A stretch of DNA of 64,000 nt, taken from Klebsormidium nitens. Its lineage: Eukaryota; Plantae; Klebsormidiophyceae. The translations under genes were made by a program, and so were the position numbers. Numbering within the stretch: the first letter of the stretch is position 1; the number at the start of each line of letters is the position of its first letter. The notes beneath the pieces were generated by a model that was given only the letters and a program-made list of their open reading frames with translations, was not told where the DNA came from and made no database searches. Shown one piece after another: positions 1 through 12,199 of the stretch. The stretch covers positions 1-64,000 of the forward strand of contig DF237114.1 of assembly GCA_000708835.1 (NCBI GenBank), read 5' to 3'.

Positions 1-1929
1 ATCATTTTGACTGGTGTGCCGGCTTGTGTCGAACTGGCACCGCCTGGGCCCTGGGTCCTGGGCCTAGACTGGAACTGCGCAGTGCGCACTCCGCAGCCAG
101 CAGGCTGGACAGTGATGGTACTTGCTATCCGCATGCGATGTGGCGGCGCGCTCATATTGATACCGGTATCCTGTGATTTGATCTTGTGAATGATCTCGCG
201 AGGGCGCACAATATGCCAGCTACATGCGGTTAGTTCCATAGGTCAAGTTACCTTGAAGCCTTGAATTCGCCTCTAATGCGTATGTAGCAATTCTGCGGTA
301 ACCCTGGGTTTACGTAAGTCAGGAATCAGGATATTACTGTTGTTGTGTAGTTGTGTACCGCCGGGTACCGTGATACGCGATCAGCAACGTCGTACCAGCT
401 ACTCTCGTCTCCTGTCGTCTCCTGTTGCAAGAGGGGTGTCCGAGTTTCCTAGCTAGGGACAAACACTGCCGCGCAAATACGGTATATATATAGACGGCCG
501 GCCCGGCAAAACGATTTCTCCTAGGCGCAAGCTAATTCGGGTTAGGCACGTCGAGACTCGACGCCCTTAAGCGACGTTGAAAAGATGTATAATATCGATT
601 TGGAAAATGTTTTTGGGTTTTGGGGTGGGGTAATCGACGCTTCCCCTATTATTTGCTTCACGTACCATTCTTTCATTCTTTGATTCGTAGCACCCTACTA
701 GTGGCCGGTCAGCGTTTGGTTTATAGGCTTCCATGGGTGCCAGAAGAATCCTACCTATTCGTGATTCGTTAGGACTCCGGTGGTTAACATCATACCAAGC
801 CTGGGGCTACTAGTTACCTATAACGGTGTGTTGACATAAAACGCAGGTGGGTCTACAAGATTTTCTTAGAGCAGGGTCACTGCAGTAGGTGTGCACCGGG
901 TGTTTCATCACAAGAGGACGACCCCTCTCATTAGATGGAGACGAGAGTACCGTACTTGTGACAACACCTACTAGCATTGTGCCCTGAGCGTACCAGTAGG
1001 AGGTACCTAGTAGCAGCGAGATCTTGTACCTACTTTAGATTTTATTCGGATCAGTGGACTAGGGTCGCGACGAGCCTGATACATTATAAGATTCTCTACT
1101 GACATGTACCACAGCCTTACGTCGGCAGTATAAAAAAAGTACAGTAGTTGTACCGTACGTTAGAGCAAAAAGTCAGAGCACACCCTGCTGCGGAATGCGT
1201 GTACCGGCACGGTATGTGCAAAGTAGCGATCGGACCATCGACGATCCCTTGCCAGGCAGCCTCGTATTTGTCCTCGTGCCTAATACCTTGGTCTAAGTCG
1301 TGGTCTCTCTCAGGTCTCTGCTCCTGTTGACGCTGGGCTCTGCAGGTAGCTGTGCCCGGGTACGTACCAAAAGAACAAAGCAATCCCTGCTGCGGAATCT
1401 ACCGCTATGTGGAAGCTGTCAGTGGCATTCATTCGGATCATCCCTCGCCACTGGCGCAGCCTCGTCGCGATGTCCGATCCTCAATTAGGAGTCTTTGAGA
1501 CTTGCTTTTCCCACGACTGTCGATGCATATGGTATGCTGGGTTCTGCAGATTAACACACCCGCCCTCAATGGGAGCGCCACAGTCCATGAGCTAACGTAG
1601 CTTACTGAGGCATGCCGGAAAGACCGAGTAATCCCCGCAGCTGACTGATAATCTGGGGGACGAACATCGGTGATCGATCTGGTGCAGCATACCTATAAAA
1701 CTCGTTGCGAAATGCCTCTGTTCTCATAACCCCAAAGAGGCAAATTCTGCATTTGAAAACCAGCTCAGTTCAAGATTGTCTCTTTGGCAGCATTGAGCTA
1801 TCCGCCAAGCTCTGCAAATCAGTCTGCAATTTCCGGCTCTGCATCTGAGAGAAGCTGTGTCGAAGGTGAGTCCAGCTGCTTTTTGGTGAGTGGGCTCCGT
1901 TAAGAGATGACATGCTCATTCAAACACCA

Positions 1930-3944
1930 CGGGCTTAGATCTAGGCTTAGCAGATCGTGCTCTAGCTGCGCCTGGTCAAATGTTTTAGGAGTCTTCAAGC
2001 AACCTCCACTTCTGCATACTAGCGTGGTGAGAATGGTCTTATGCTTCTAACGCTTTGCTCTTGGCAATTAACGTACTTTGTTTCTTTTTTTACTTGTCCA
2101 AGGAGCCGCTTCTGTGCTTTTTCCATGGTTCAAGGGGGTTGTGATTCTCCTGACAACAGGAGAGACTGATTGGATCCAACAACCCCGGAGCTAATGGGTG
2201 CTGCTTGCATTAGTCTCTGTTCATTGAGTTAGGCAGACGTGTCTGACAGCCTTGCTAAATTCTTTTGCAGTTATTGGATTGAGTACCAGTGCTGGTGCGG
2301 CAATTGCTACCAAGATTTGCGTGGCTGCACCGGCTGCAGCAATGGCGTCAGCCTTGCACTCCGGATTTCAAAGCAACGCTGCCATCCAGCTGAGGCAGAC
2401 CAGCCTTGCTGCTAGTGTAAGAGACCGCTCTCTGCCATCCCTCAATCGCATGGTACGTGGACATTGATAATATAGTTCTCATTGAAAAGGAGGCCGTACA
2501 AAAGCGGAAAAAAATAACAACAAACGTGCAGAAGTAAGATCTGCATCATTTATGTGAGGACCTAGCGACCTCCAAAAGGATCAGCGGGGCCGGGCTTGTA
2601 TCAGCTTCTTGCTGATCCTCACTTCAACAGTGCATGACTTCTTTACTTGCTACTCCATTATTTCTGGCGCAAATCTGCTCACAAAAGGCTAGCTTTACAA
2701 GACCGAGGATCGATCAATAATGCATGATGTTTGCTCTCAGAGACAAGAGTCATGTTGACTTGATCCAGGAACGGCCTCTCTGACGATACATAGGACAACT
2801 TTGACATACCAAATCATCTGATGATGCATCTATCAGTTCTACCAGTCAAGGACTTCGTTCTCTTGCCCACCAGGGAGATCTGAAGACCAATCTACAATTA
2901 ACTTCCTTTATCTAAATGATTTGTGCACTCAAATTCCCCTCCAGGTGAAGCTAGATGGAACGGCATCTCGCTTCCTTGCCACAGGACCTGCCATGCATTC
3001 CCTGAGTCCTTCAAGATTTGGTTTCCAGGTCAAGAAAAGCCGCGGCATGAGGTATGGTCTCGCACTACTACATCCTCCAGAATGAGAGGACGAGCATTTT
3101 AACTGAAGTCGGTCCTGGGAGTAAGAGCTCTTCGATGGTCAGGCCAGCAAACGAACTTTGAATACAAGTGACAATGACTCCTCTTGGAAGCAATAAATCA
3201 GAGTCGCTGCTGCTCACTAATCAACTTCACCTGGAGCTCGATTGGAATACACTGAGTCATGACCGGCTGAATCGAAGTAAGAGACACATAAGAGCAGCTA
3301 AACTTGTCAACTTGAACCTCAGCTCGAATTTCGATTCTTAGGCTGGTAGCAGAAGACTGGGATTCGTTTCTGAGCAGTTTCAATCGATTCCGGTTCCAAT
3401 CCAGAACACCACAAGGGAACTGGGATGAACCCAAAGTCTGTTCCCTGCATCTTTCTAAAGACTTATCTCAATCTTGGTTACGGCTAACCGGTGTCTGCCC
3501 TTCCACAGCCCATCCTACGGCAGAGGCGCTGCCGTTGCGCTCCTCGTTGGCGCCGCGTCCGACGATCCCACGTGGCAAACGTCCACTGTCCCGGTCAAGA
3601 TCAGCGACCCGGTCAGCGTCATCTGCATCGGGTCTTTGGTGATCAAGCTCGCCAAACCAGAGCCTCTGACCATTAGCCTTCAAGCGACCCCCGTTGAGAG
3701 CCCACCATCTGGCGACAACGCACCGGCAGAGACAGCCGTGGATGAGAAACCGGCCATTGAGTACCGCGTTCAGCTGCCGCCGGCCCCCGAGGGTACTGCC
3801 GGTTCTCCTGAGCCTCACGCCGGAGGTGGAATGCGGCCCATGTCTGCACGCCCCGTTGTACCCCCCGTCGTTGTAGGCGGCCGAGTTGACATTCACCACC
3901 CCGTACCGTGGCCCCGCCCCCGCCCCCCCCACGTCCCCCAATAG
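1930..3944 (+). pseudogene. Decayed plant-type LRR gene fragments followed by a Pro-rich coding stretch
   Basis: Hand translation of + frames gives LxxLxLxxN-like pieces broken by stops and frameshifts: TGLDLG (~1930), LIGS/TPELM (~2165-2200), NQLHLELDWNTLS and KLVNLNLSSNF (~3220-3330), YLNLGYG*..SALP (~3460-3500). The GC-rich ORF 3474-3944 ends in PVPWPRPRPPHVPQ. No intact gene could be built. Confidence 0.35.
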
Positions 3945-4122
3945 ATACCCCAGATACCCCACTTTCTTAATCATTCTCACCCGGAGTCTGCAGTGCGCTG
4001 GCAGACCCTTCGAGGTTGCGTGCATGGCTCCTCAGCGCCCAGAATAAGAACAGTGTGGGAGACTGATCGGTGAAGGTAGCCACAATCATTAGGATCGCTT
4101 CTAGGCTTATAAGAAGTGCTCT

Positions 4123-4427
4123 CGCACCCAGCTTGATCTGGATAGCAAGTAGAGTATAGATAATGATCGTACCTGCAATGTCACAATATACCTATATAAT
4201 ACAGTACCCTAGATCGACTGGACATACTATCTTCATTTGACAGCACACACAATTGTCACTAGAATTAATTGTGTAATGGATTATAAGCAGAATTACAGTC
4301 TTCGCACCCAACTTGATCTTGTTAGAAAGTAGAGTACAGAATGACGATCTTACCTGCAATGTCACAGTAAACAGGACATACAGTACCCTAGATCGACTGG
4401 ACATACTATCTTCATTTGGAAGCACAT
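4123..4427. repeat. Diverged tandem duplication, period 180 bp
   Basis: CGCACCCA(G/A)CTTGATCT starts at 4123 and 4303. Both copies contain TACCTGCAATGTCACA and an identical TACAGTACCCTAGATCGACTGGACATACTATCTTCATTTG block. Confidence 0.9.
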
Positions 4428-5231
4428 CGTCACTAAAATCATCTGTGCAGTGACTAAGCGGAATCACAGTCGTTGCCAGCCAAAATCAAAGCAATCCAAC
4501 ACTCACCAACTGCCAAGTTCACCATGCGACATGCAATGAGCCCTTGGGCCCATGCTTAGGCACGGGGCCCGAACGTGCAAGTGACCGTCTCACGAGCATG
4601 TAAGTACAAACACGATACTTCTATCTATCTATCAACCATCAACGGAGATGCCCTAGCGGGAAATGATCAAATATGAACCGATCGGGCCTAGGGACAGCCT
4701 CCAGTATATATATAACTTCAATCCCCACATGAAGGTACTATACCGTTGTGCGCATAATGATCATGTGTACACCTTGAGTCCTTCAACGTGCATCAGATTC
4801 GTTAACAGGCAAGCATAGCAATGACGTGTTTGGCAAATAAGCTAGGAGAGACTGCAGCTTTGCTTCACTCAATAACCACGTCAATCTGGCGTTTGGTCGA
4901 GTGTATGAGCAATGCATATGCACCGATTTCGGAAAGGCGACCTGGTCGAAGCGTTACGTCCAAGTTCAAAAAAACGTCAAAACGTCAAAACGTCCAGCTT
5001 TTCGTTGGTTGAAGCAGCATACTAAACAATAGTCATCAAGGGAGTTCCGTCTCGTCTGTATTTCAAGCTCGCTGGCGACGTTCCGGCCCACTTTATCATA
5101 CACATAGTACAAGTACTGATCTGTCCAAGTCAGCTAGCCTAGCCCTAGCCACGCTTAATTCGCCCATCCAGCTTCGTACGAATCCAGCACACCCCTTTTC
5201 GCGCGCCCGGCGCATTCTACCGACCAACCCC

Positions 5232-8200
5232 TCAGTCCACGACCGCGAGCTTCTCATACTCGGGCCCCGCCACCGCCCGGTTCATAACGCTCACCGGATC
5301 CACCCCCCCCGGCTCGCCCACAAACAATCTCAGCAGATTCTTCGAGAACCCGGAGACTAGAGCCACCCCCTTCTGGCCCGCGGTCACGGGGGTGCTCGCG
5401 CCGTTGCACAGTTTCCAGACCACGATTTCGGGGGGGGCGCCGTACCCCCCCGCCGCGAACTTGCGCTCGATTTCCATGTAGTCCGTCTGGTAGGACTGGG
5501 CCGATGCCGCGTCGAATTCCATGGCGGAGAAGACGTAAAGGCGGCGCACCATCGCCTCGGGGGGGAGCTTGGCCGCGCGCGCGAGCGCCAGGATGTTGTC
5601 GAACACCTGCAAATACGGAGGACGTCAGAGCCGGAATTTACAAGACTCCAGCATGATTGCATCCAAAGAGCTTGGTGAGACGTCACTTGTGATGGTCCTA
5701 CGCTTGAGTCGGAGTTTGTACGACCAAAGAACTCAAAATCCCAATACAGAGTCTCTCCGTGCCAGTCGATGGTCGTAACAAGACCATCAACGAGAAGAAG
5801 GCTGTGCTGCCATGATGGGTGAGTAGGTTTCGACGTAGTAGATTGACGACTTCCAGAGAGTGCTCTAAACCTCTCAAATACAACGCCGATTTGTCTTAGC
5901 ATAACTTCCCAAAGCTTCAACTTCGCCGTTTAGAATTGTTGCTGAGATGTGCAGAACGAGTGAGCTACAATGCAATTCAAGCGACACGGACTGACGACAA
6001 GGAGACCTTTTGTCTACGTGATTCTTTTGTCCCAATTCTGTGACGAAAGGAAAGCTTGTTAGCCTGAGGACCGCTCCTCGACAACTCCACATCAAACCTC
6101 GTGCCGATGACAGTTCTCGTCGGGCGAAATTGTTATTCTGGTGGTTTCAGAAGCAAGTTTTCGGAGGCATTTGTCGTAGAAACGTTACCTTCTGGAAGCC
6201 GGCACCCCCGCCCGCGGCCGCGTCCCCCACGAACGCGTGCCGCTCCTTGACCGTCTTCCCCTTCAGCGCGTGCATCTGGGGAAGCGCACCAAACGTGATG
6301 ACCTGTCCCTTCCACGGCCCCTCCGCCAGCTCCGACACAAACTGCGCGAGCGCGACAGCCGCCTGCGCGGCCGCGCCGCGCACCGACCCGCTGATGTCGC
6401 ACACCGCCAGGCAGCTGGTGAGCGGCTTGGCCGAGCCCGCGCGCGCGCCGCTGCCCCGCCACTGAAGCTCCGCCACGTGGCGCGCCCCCCACCCGAACCC
6501 CGTGACGGCGGCCCGCAGCACCTCGTGCGGCGGCAGCGCCGCGCGCGCGACACCCGCCTTGCCCGCGCTGACGTCGGCGAGGAACTTCTTGAAGCGCGCC
6601 TTGTCGCGTTTGAGGAAGAAGCGCGCGTTGGCACGCATGCACGCGGCCGGCACGCGCTTGTAGTCGAGCTCGGCCCACCGCCCCGCCGCCACGTAAACCT
6701 CCGGAACCCCGAGCGCGGCGCGGAGGGGCGTCAGCACCTCTTTCCGCAACCGGTCCCGGGCCCTGCAATCGAAATAGGAGAGAAGATGTGCACTTCGCTT
6801 CGCCTATTTCAAAGAATTCGATGAAGCAACAGCTAGGACGAGAAGAGACACGATCAGTAAGATAGAACCTCTAGAACAACTGCTGAGACGAAAAGAGATA
6901 CGATCCTAGAAAGAAACAAAAATGTAAGGAAGTACGCGGATTCGAAAGCGAGGAGCGAACTGAGGCCACTTAAAGATAACAGAACTTGCAAGACCCGACG
7001 AGAGATCCGAAACCGGCACGGGGTCGTCAGCCTGATGTGCAAAGCCGTTGCTTCATTGTTTCGTATTCCACATCGGCGGGAGATTGGCGTTTGTGCTGAC
7101 TCTGAGAAGTCTTACCTGCTGACGTAAAGCGCATCCGGGAGTTCCCCGTCTTCCTGATCTGCCCGGGGGAACATCCGCCTTGCGATGGTCTCGCACAGCA
7201 GCGTCTGCCGGTCGTAGCTGCCGTCCAGACTGGGCGCCCACTTCGCCGCGAGGCTGACGTCACGCGCGCGGCCGGCCGCGAGGCTCTCGAGGTCCCGCGC
7301 GAGCTGCCGCGCGAAGACGTCCGCCACCGCGTCGTGCAGCGCGCGGTAGCTCCCGTTGTACGCGTACGCGCGCACCGCGCGCTCCGCGGCCGCGAACTCG
7401 CGCTCCTTGCGCGCCGTGCGCGCCTGCGCGCCGCGCGCGCCTGCGCGCTCGCGGCCTTGTCCTTTTTCAGCTGCGCGGCGACGCGCTCCTCGCGCGGTCG
7501 GAGCGTGCCCTCGCGCTTCGCGCGCCGCGCGGCTTCGCCCTTCCGGGGGTTCCACCGGCTCCCCCTCGAGTTTCGCTGACGATAGGAACGGCTTTGGGGG
7601 CCGTATCCAAAAACGTCTTCATCATAGTCAACCGGATAGCCTTCCCCCCACCGGGGAGAGAAGACTCCCGCGTCTTTGAGCTCCTGCGAGCTGAGCTTGG
7701 CATCCGCGCGCGCCTTGGCGGCTGCGCGCGCCGCGTCGTGGGTCGCCTTCCGCCGCGCGCGCAAGGCCGTCCCCTCGGGTCCCTCCAGGACTCTGCAGAA
7801 AGAAAGGATGCGAAATGGTGAGAAGCTGCCGGGTAATTATCCACGTGCTGCTCTGTGTTTACTTATTTTGAAACTTTGGTCTGCTGTCTGCTGTACGAAC
7901 TTTTCATGGGCTGTTTATATTGTTCTCGTGAAATTAAAAGCAGAACCAACTTGACTTATCGCAATTTCGAGTCAGAAGGGCCTGGACAAGAACGGATGGA
8001 GGGGCTTGCTTTTTTGGGAAAGGAAATAATATAATGCCTTGAGCATCAATCTTGCAGGCGATCGTCAACCCTGTAGACGGTCCAAAACAAAACATGGTTT
8101 CCGGGTAGACCCCCATCGGGTTTACAAGGGCCCGAATTCTCGTGTGAATTAGACAAATATACGGAAACGCTTTCCGTCTGGAAGATCAGCTTTTCATTCA

Positions 8201-9284
8201 AGATACCAGATCGCTGCTTTTGGTAATGCGCTAAAAGTACCTTCGCTTCGTCAAAGGCCTCCGCAGATGGTTCAGACGTTTTCGCTCTCACCTTTGCAAC
8301 GGTTCTCGGATTCAACTCAGGACAACTTACCTTCAATTTCGCACCAACAGCGGAAGAGAAAATATGGAAAAGACCGGGCGCTGCCATTATGCTCTTTCTG
8401 CCGAAAAACCTTTTGAAAAGCTAACCATTGAATGCAATCCGTTGATCACCTCGAAACTCAAACTTTGAAGCTGCAAAGGCGTCAGACCGTTACCTGAGCA
8501 CGATTTCTAGCAGGTCCTTGTAGTACCCAAAGCGCGCAACATGGCCCAGGTTCGTCAGCAGCGTCCCCGGGTGCTTCTCCGCCAGCCACAGCGCCCCGGT
8601 GTAAAACCCCTCCCGCTCACACTTCCCGGTTCCTCTTACCCCCCTGAGCTGGAAAAGGAGCTTCAGCGCCAGCAGGGAGTCCTCTTTCCACGCTGCTTCC
8701 AGCAGCTGGCGCAATCTTTCCGGGGGGGTGTCGGGGAGAATCTGGAAGAAGAAGTCCAGGCAAAGATTGCCGGAGCTCGTGTAGGTCCAGGAGCGGTTCT
8801 GAGTGTGGCCCATGGGGGGGGCCTGGACGCCCGCCTTGAGCGCACCCCCGGAAAGCATCCCCAGGAAAGGGTTGCCGGCAGCAATATCGCCACCCCCCTG
8901 GGACGGATCTGCTGACGTGGCAGCAGCTTCTTCCTCCTTGCGTTTCCGCCATTCCGCCAGGCCCTTGGGGCCGCAGAGGGAGGGGGTGGCGGAAGGGGCG
9001 ACGACGGGGAGGCTGCTCTTGATCGCCATGGCCGGAACCTGAGCGGAGCTTGAGCGGAACCTGAGCGGAACCTGCTTGAGAAACGCTAGCGATTGACGAA
9101 AAGTGAAGCGCTTGGTAAGCGGCGGAAGAAAGCTGGAGGAAGCCAGCAAAGATGGCTGCGAATGGGTTGAGCTTTGCGGCGGGGAAAGGAAGCTGGAGAA
9201 TGAAGATGCTTGCAAAAGCACGGATGCCATTTTGAGGACGGCGCAGCCCCTTACCTGGGCGACGGCTGAAGTTGCAAGCATCAT
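5232..9284 (-). CDS. DUF2828 family protein with C-terminal VWA-like domain; one frameshift in exon 2
   Basis: Exons 9284-8494, 7792-7116, 6762-6189 and 5606-5232, all with GT-AG borders and compatible phases. Family motifs: MGHTQNRSWTYTSSGNLCLDFFF, LRGVRGTGK..EGFY..ALWL..KHP, SLAAKWAPS, RDRLRKEVLTPLR, LPPHE, AVCDISGS, ITF, FQKVFD.IL, MEFD, GVALVSGFSKNLLRLF. The frame switches near 7435. Confidence 0.9.
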
Positions 9285-10595
9285 CAGGGAGCAGAAGGTT
9301 GCTCCAAGTACGCAACAGTCTAGCTACTCTCTAATTGTTTGATGTTGTTTGATGAGCTTCCTCACTTCAAGGTTGCTCTGCTCGGCACGTCACTGGGGCG
9401 TCACAGGTCACGGAGCGATCCCCCGCGGCCGGGCGCGGTCGCGTAGCTGCCGCCAGGGTTTCGCCGGGGTTTGAAGTACTGAGATTACCGTTCGATTGAT
9501 CAGTAAATTTTGTCGGTCTTCACTGTTGACCAACACAATTGCAAGCAAGAAGCCTGGGCGAAGCTCCTTTGTCCCGAGGCAAAACGGAACCTTTTCAGAG
9601 AAACCCAATAAATTGAATACTGTCGTAATCAAAGTCTATTTTGGATAGCACAGCAGATTCGGACCTTGATTGAGAAAGGCCCACGTGACAACGAGCCTCA
9701 GAATGGTGCAATTCTGGGATTCCAATCCCTAGAAGCGCGGAAGCCTGGAACTGGTTCCCTTAATTGGTTTTAGATGCTTTGTTCAACTCCTCGTCAGGGC
9801 AGCGCCGCTTTTGGTCGATGCGATGAGCAAAAGAATTTTGACGGTCGCTCAGATCCTGTCCCTCAATGCTGGACGTACGACTTAGCTGTACGACAGCCGT
9901 CTTACCATGCATATGGGCTGCAGCTTGTGACAAGACAAGGATGAACATTTCTAAAATAAGATGCTCACAGTCTTCCTCTCTAGGCTGGGCACCACTGGTC
10001 CTTTGACTATCTTGCGCCATTGAGGCTGATCCTTGTCGCGCAGTTGAACATCAAATAGCATAGCGGCCATATATCCATACATATGCTGCTGGAAAATATA
10101 TGCTGCACGAATCCGTGTCAATATTAGCAACTAAAAAACAAGCACGTATGGCCATAAGCGCACATCTAAAGGCACAAGCCCGGTTTATGTATTCGAAAAG
10201 GGATGTAAGTAGCAATACTGAACAACCCTCAACCAGCCGTGACAAGTATCGTGCACAAGTACTGCAAGCAACATTCCTTGAACAATCCATCTTCCGGTTC
10301 CAATCATCAGATAAGACTGATAATCATGCCGGAAGCGGCCATGCTCTTCAGTCTCCGATTGACAACCTCCACTTTCACGATTGACTTGTATCTGGAGAAA
10401 GCCAAGATGCTAGTAATCCCTCAGCCTTCAAATCAGTTGAACCAGCCGGTACGGGCACGCCTCGATGCATCTATTTGAAAATAAGACGACTGTACAATCT
10501 TCAAAACGCCACGCACGTTGTCTTGCTTAGACCACAGCCCGATGCCGCAGGCCTGGTTGTTCGAGTGTTTCCAATGATCGATCCTGCATATGGGG

Positions 10596-11573
10596 TTAAG
10601 CTGCACCTAAGGGCCCTTCCTCCCACTCGTACTGCGTCCAGAACGCATCAGTGTCGCCTGTTGGTGCGGGCCAACTAAAATTCCACCCGGGATGTTTCGC
10701 GCCTTCAAAAGAAAAGAATCCCAGATATGACGAGCTACTGCGATACTCTTCGGGTTCCGCACGCTGCAGAGTCCCGTACAAAAAAAGCAGCGGTGCACCC
10801 TGTTCATGAGGTGTACTCTCACGGTACGTATACCCGCCGGCACTCTGCACAGCACAAGTGCCGCACCAAAGCTGCTGATAGGTACTGTCATCGCCACGTG
10901 GCAGCTTCTTACACCCGTAGAACTCTACGCAGAAGCTTTCCTTATCAACTCGGCCGTCTGCTAACAGCACCTTGGCATAGATGTCTTGAGGCGGGATCGC
11001 TGTAACTGTCTGGAGCTGAAGATCTGCAAATCTGCCTGCACGTTTCAAACTGGCCTTCTCTTGGGCATCGTAGACACCATACGCGACTGGAAGACCGTAT
11101 ATCCTCATCAGAATCAGAACATTTCCTGCAAGCTCAAACCGTGGACGGTGGCTATAACTACGTGCTGGGCGAGAAATTTGAGCAGAGATGCAAGTAGCAC
11201 TCCCAGACTTGACGTCTGTCTCCTGCTCAAAAAGTTTTCGCTCAGGAGCTAATTGCCAAGCAGATAGGGCCTTCTTAACTCTGACCTCATGGCTCAATTT
11301 CGCTGCCAAAAGAAGCTTGTAGCCTCCCAAAGCCTCTACCTCCGCGTCTAGCCTCTTCTCAGAGTGCTTGAGCTCTTCAAAAGGGAGCTTTGGTACGCTC
11401 TCAAACACTGTTCTCAGAGGAGTGAGAAACGCCCTCTTCCAGACGTATGGCGCTTCTTTCCCCGCGCTGTAGAGAGCATTGCAGACCCACGTGGCGCGCA
11501 GCGAGGAAGGAATGTCCTGCGACGCAAGCTTGTCGAGGATCAGGACCAGGACTCCGCTGGGAAGGTGCTCCAT
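10596..11573 (-). CDS. Intronless F-box-like protein (325 aa)
   Basis: ATG-initiated ORF. The N-terminus MEHLPSGVLVLILDKLA..SLRATWVCNALY..(P)YVWK fits the F-box pattern (LP..(V/L)L..IL..L ... VC..(W/L)...W). The C-terminal domain was not recognised. Confidence 0.7.
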   Translation of the reverse strand: MEHLPSGVLVLILDKLASQDIPSSLRATWVCNALYSAGKEAPYVWKRAFLTPLRTVFESVPKLPFEELKHSEKRLDAEVEALGGYKLLLAAKLSHEVRVKKALSAWQLAPERKLFEQETDVKSGSATCISAQISRPARSYSHRPRFELAGNVLILMRIYGLPVAYGVYDAQEKASLKRAGRFADLQLQTVTAIPPQDIYAKVLLADGRVDKESFCVEFYGCKKLPRGDDSTYQQLWCGTCAVQSAGGYTYRESTPHEQGAPLLFLYGTLQRAEPEEYRSSSSYLGFFSFEGAKHPGWNFSWPAPTGDTDAFWTQYEWEEGPLGAA

Positions 11574-12199
11574 ACTGACCGCCCCCCAACACTACTCTGT
11601 TTTAGAAGCTTTGTCAGGCACTGGTGCCCATTGATTTCTGATCAGCACCGCAGTACTCGCAGTGGCGTTCCGGCGCGGTCTGCATCCCGCGGCCGCGTGT
11701 CCGCGGCCGGCTCGACAACCCAAACCTCTCAGGGCTTCATGACGGTGCGCGGCGGCGCGGCAGGCCCCGTAGCGCAAGCGCGCTCAATTAGCGAATACAT
11801 CGATCAGCTGGCCGAGCCAAATCGCTTTCTGTAGGTACTCGTGCCTACACAGGGGCCTCGGTCTCTGAAGGGTATGAATGAGGAGGCAGGCACGTTCTAA
11901 ATTGGAAAGCACTGGCGACGTCTCACGGACTTTTGCTTCCACGCGGGAGGCTGCAAGCTACTGTGCTAAGAGTCGTTATTGAGGTCGAGAGCTCCGGCTT
12001 GTCATAGTCTAAGATGATCAAAACCATTGATGAGCAGCCGTGTAATCTAGACAATCCCTATGCAAAGTGGACCGGCTGCTCTGACTGATGAACCGTTCCA
12101 CGCAGTGTCGTTTTAACAACAGTCTCCTCGAGTCGTTCAGACGATCAGAAAAGGGGCCGCTCAGTGCACCGTTTATATCCCGGAGCTGAAAGTATCTGC

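Noticed and set aside
1430-1580. Possible tRNA primer-binding sites (TGGCG...) of an LTR retrotransposon
   Set aside because: No matching LTR pair, no TG..CA ends and no gag/pol motifs are visible in the window.
6040-7954. Many overlapping Ala/Arg-rich ORFs on both strands
   Set aside because: They are shadow ORFs of very GC-rich DUF2828 exons.
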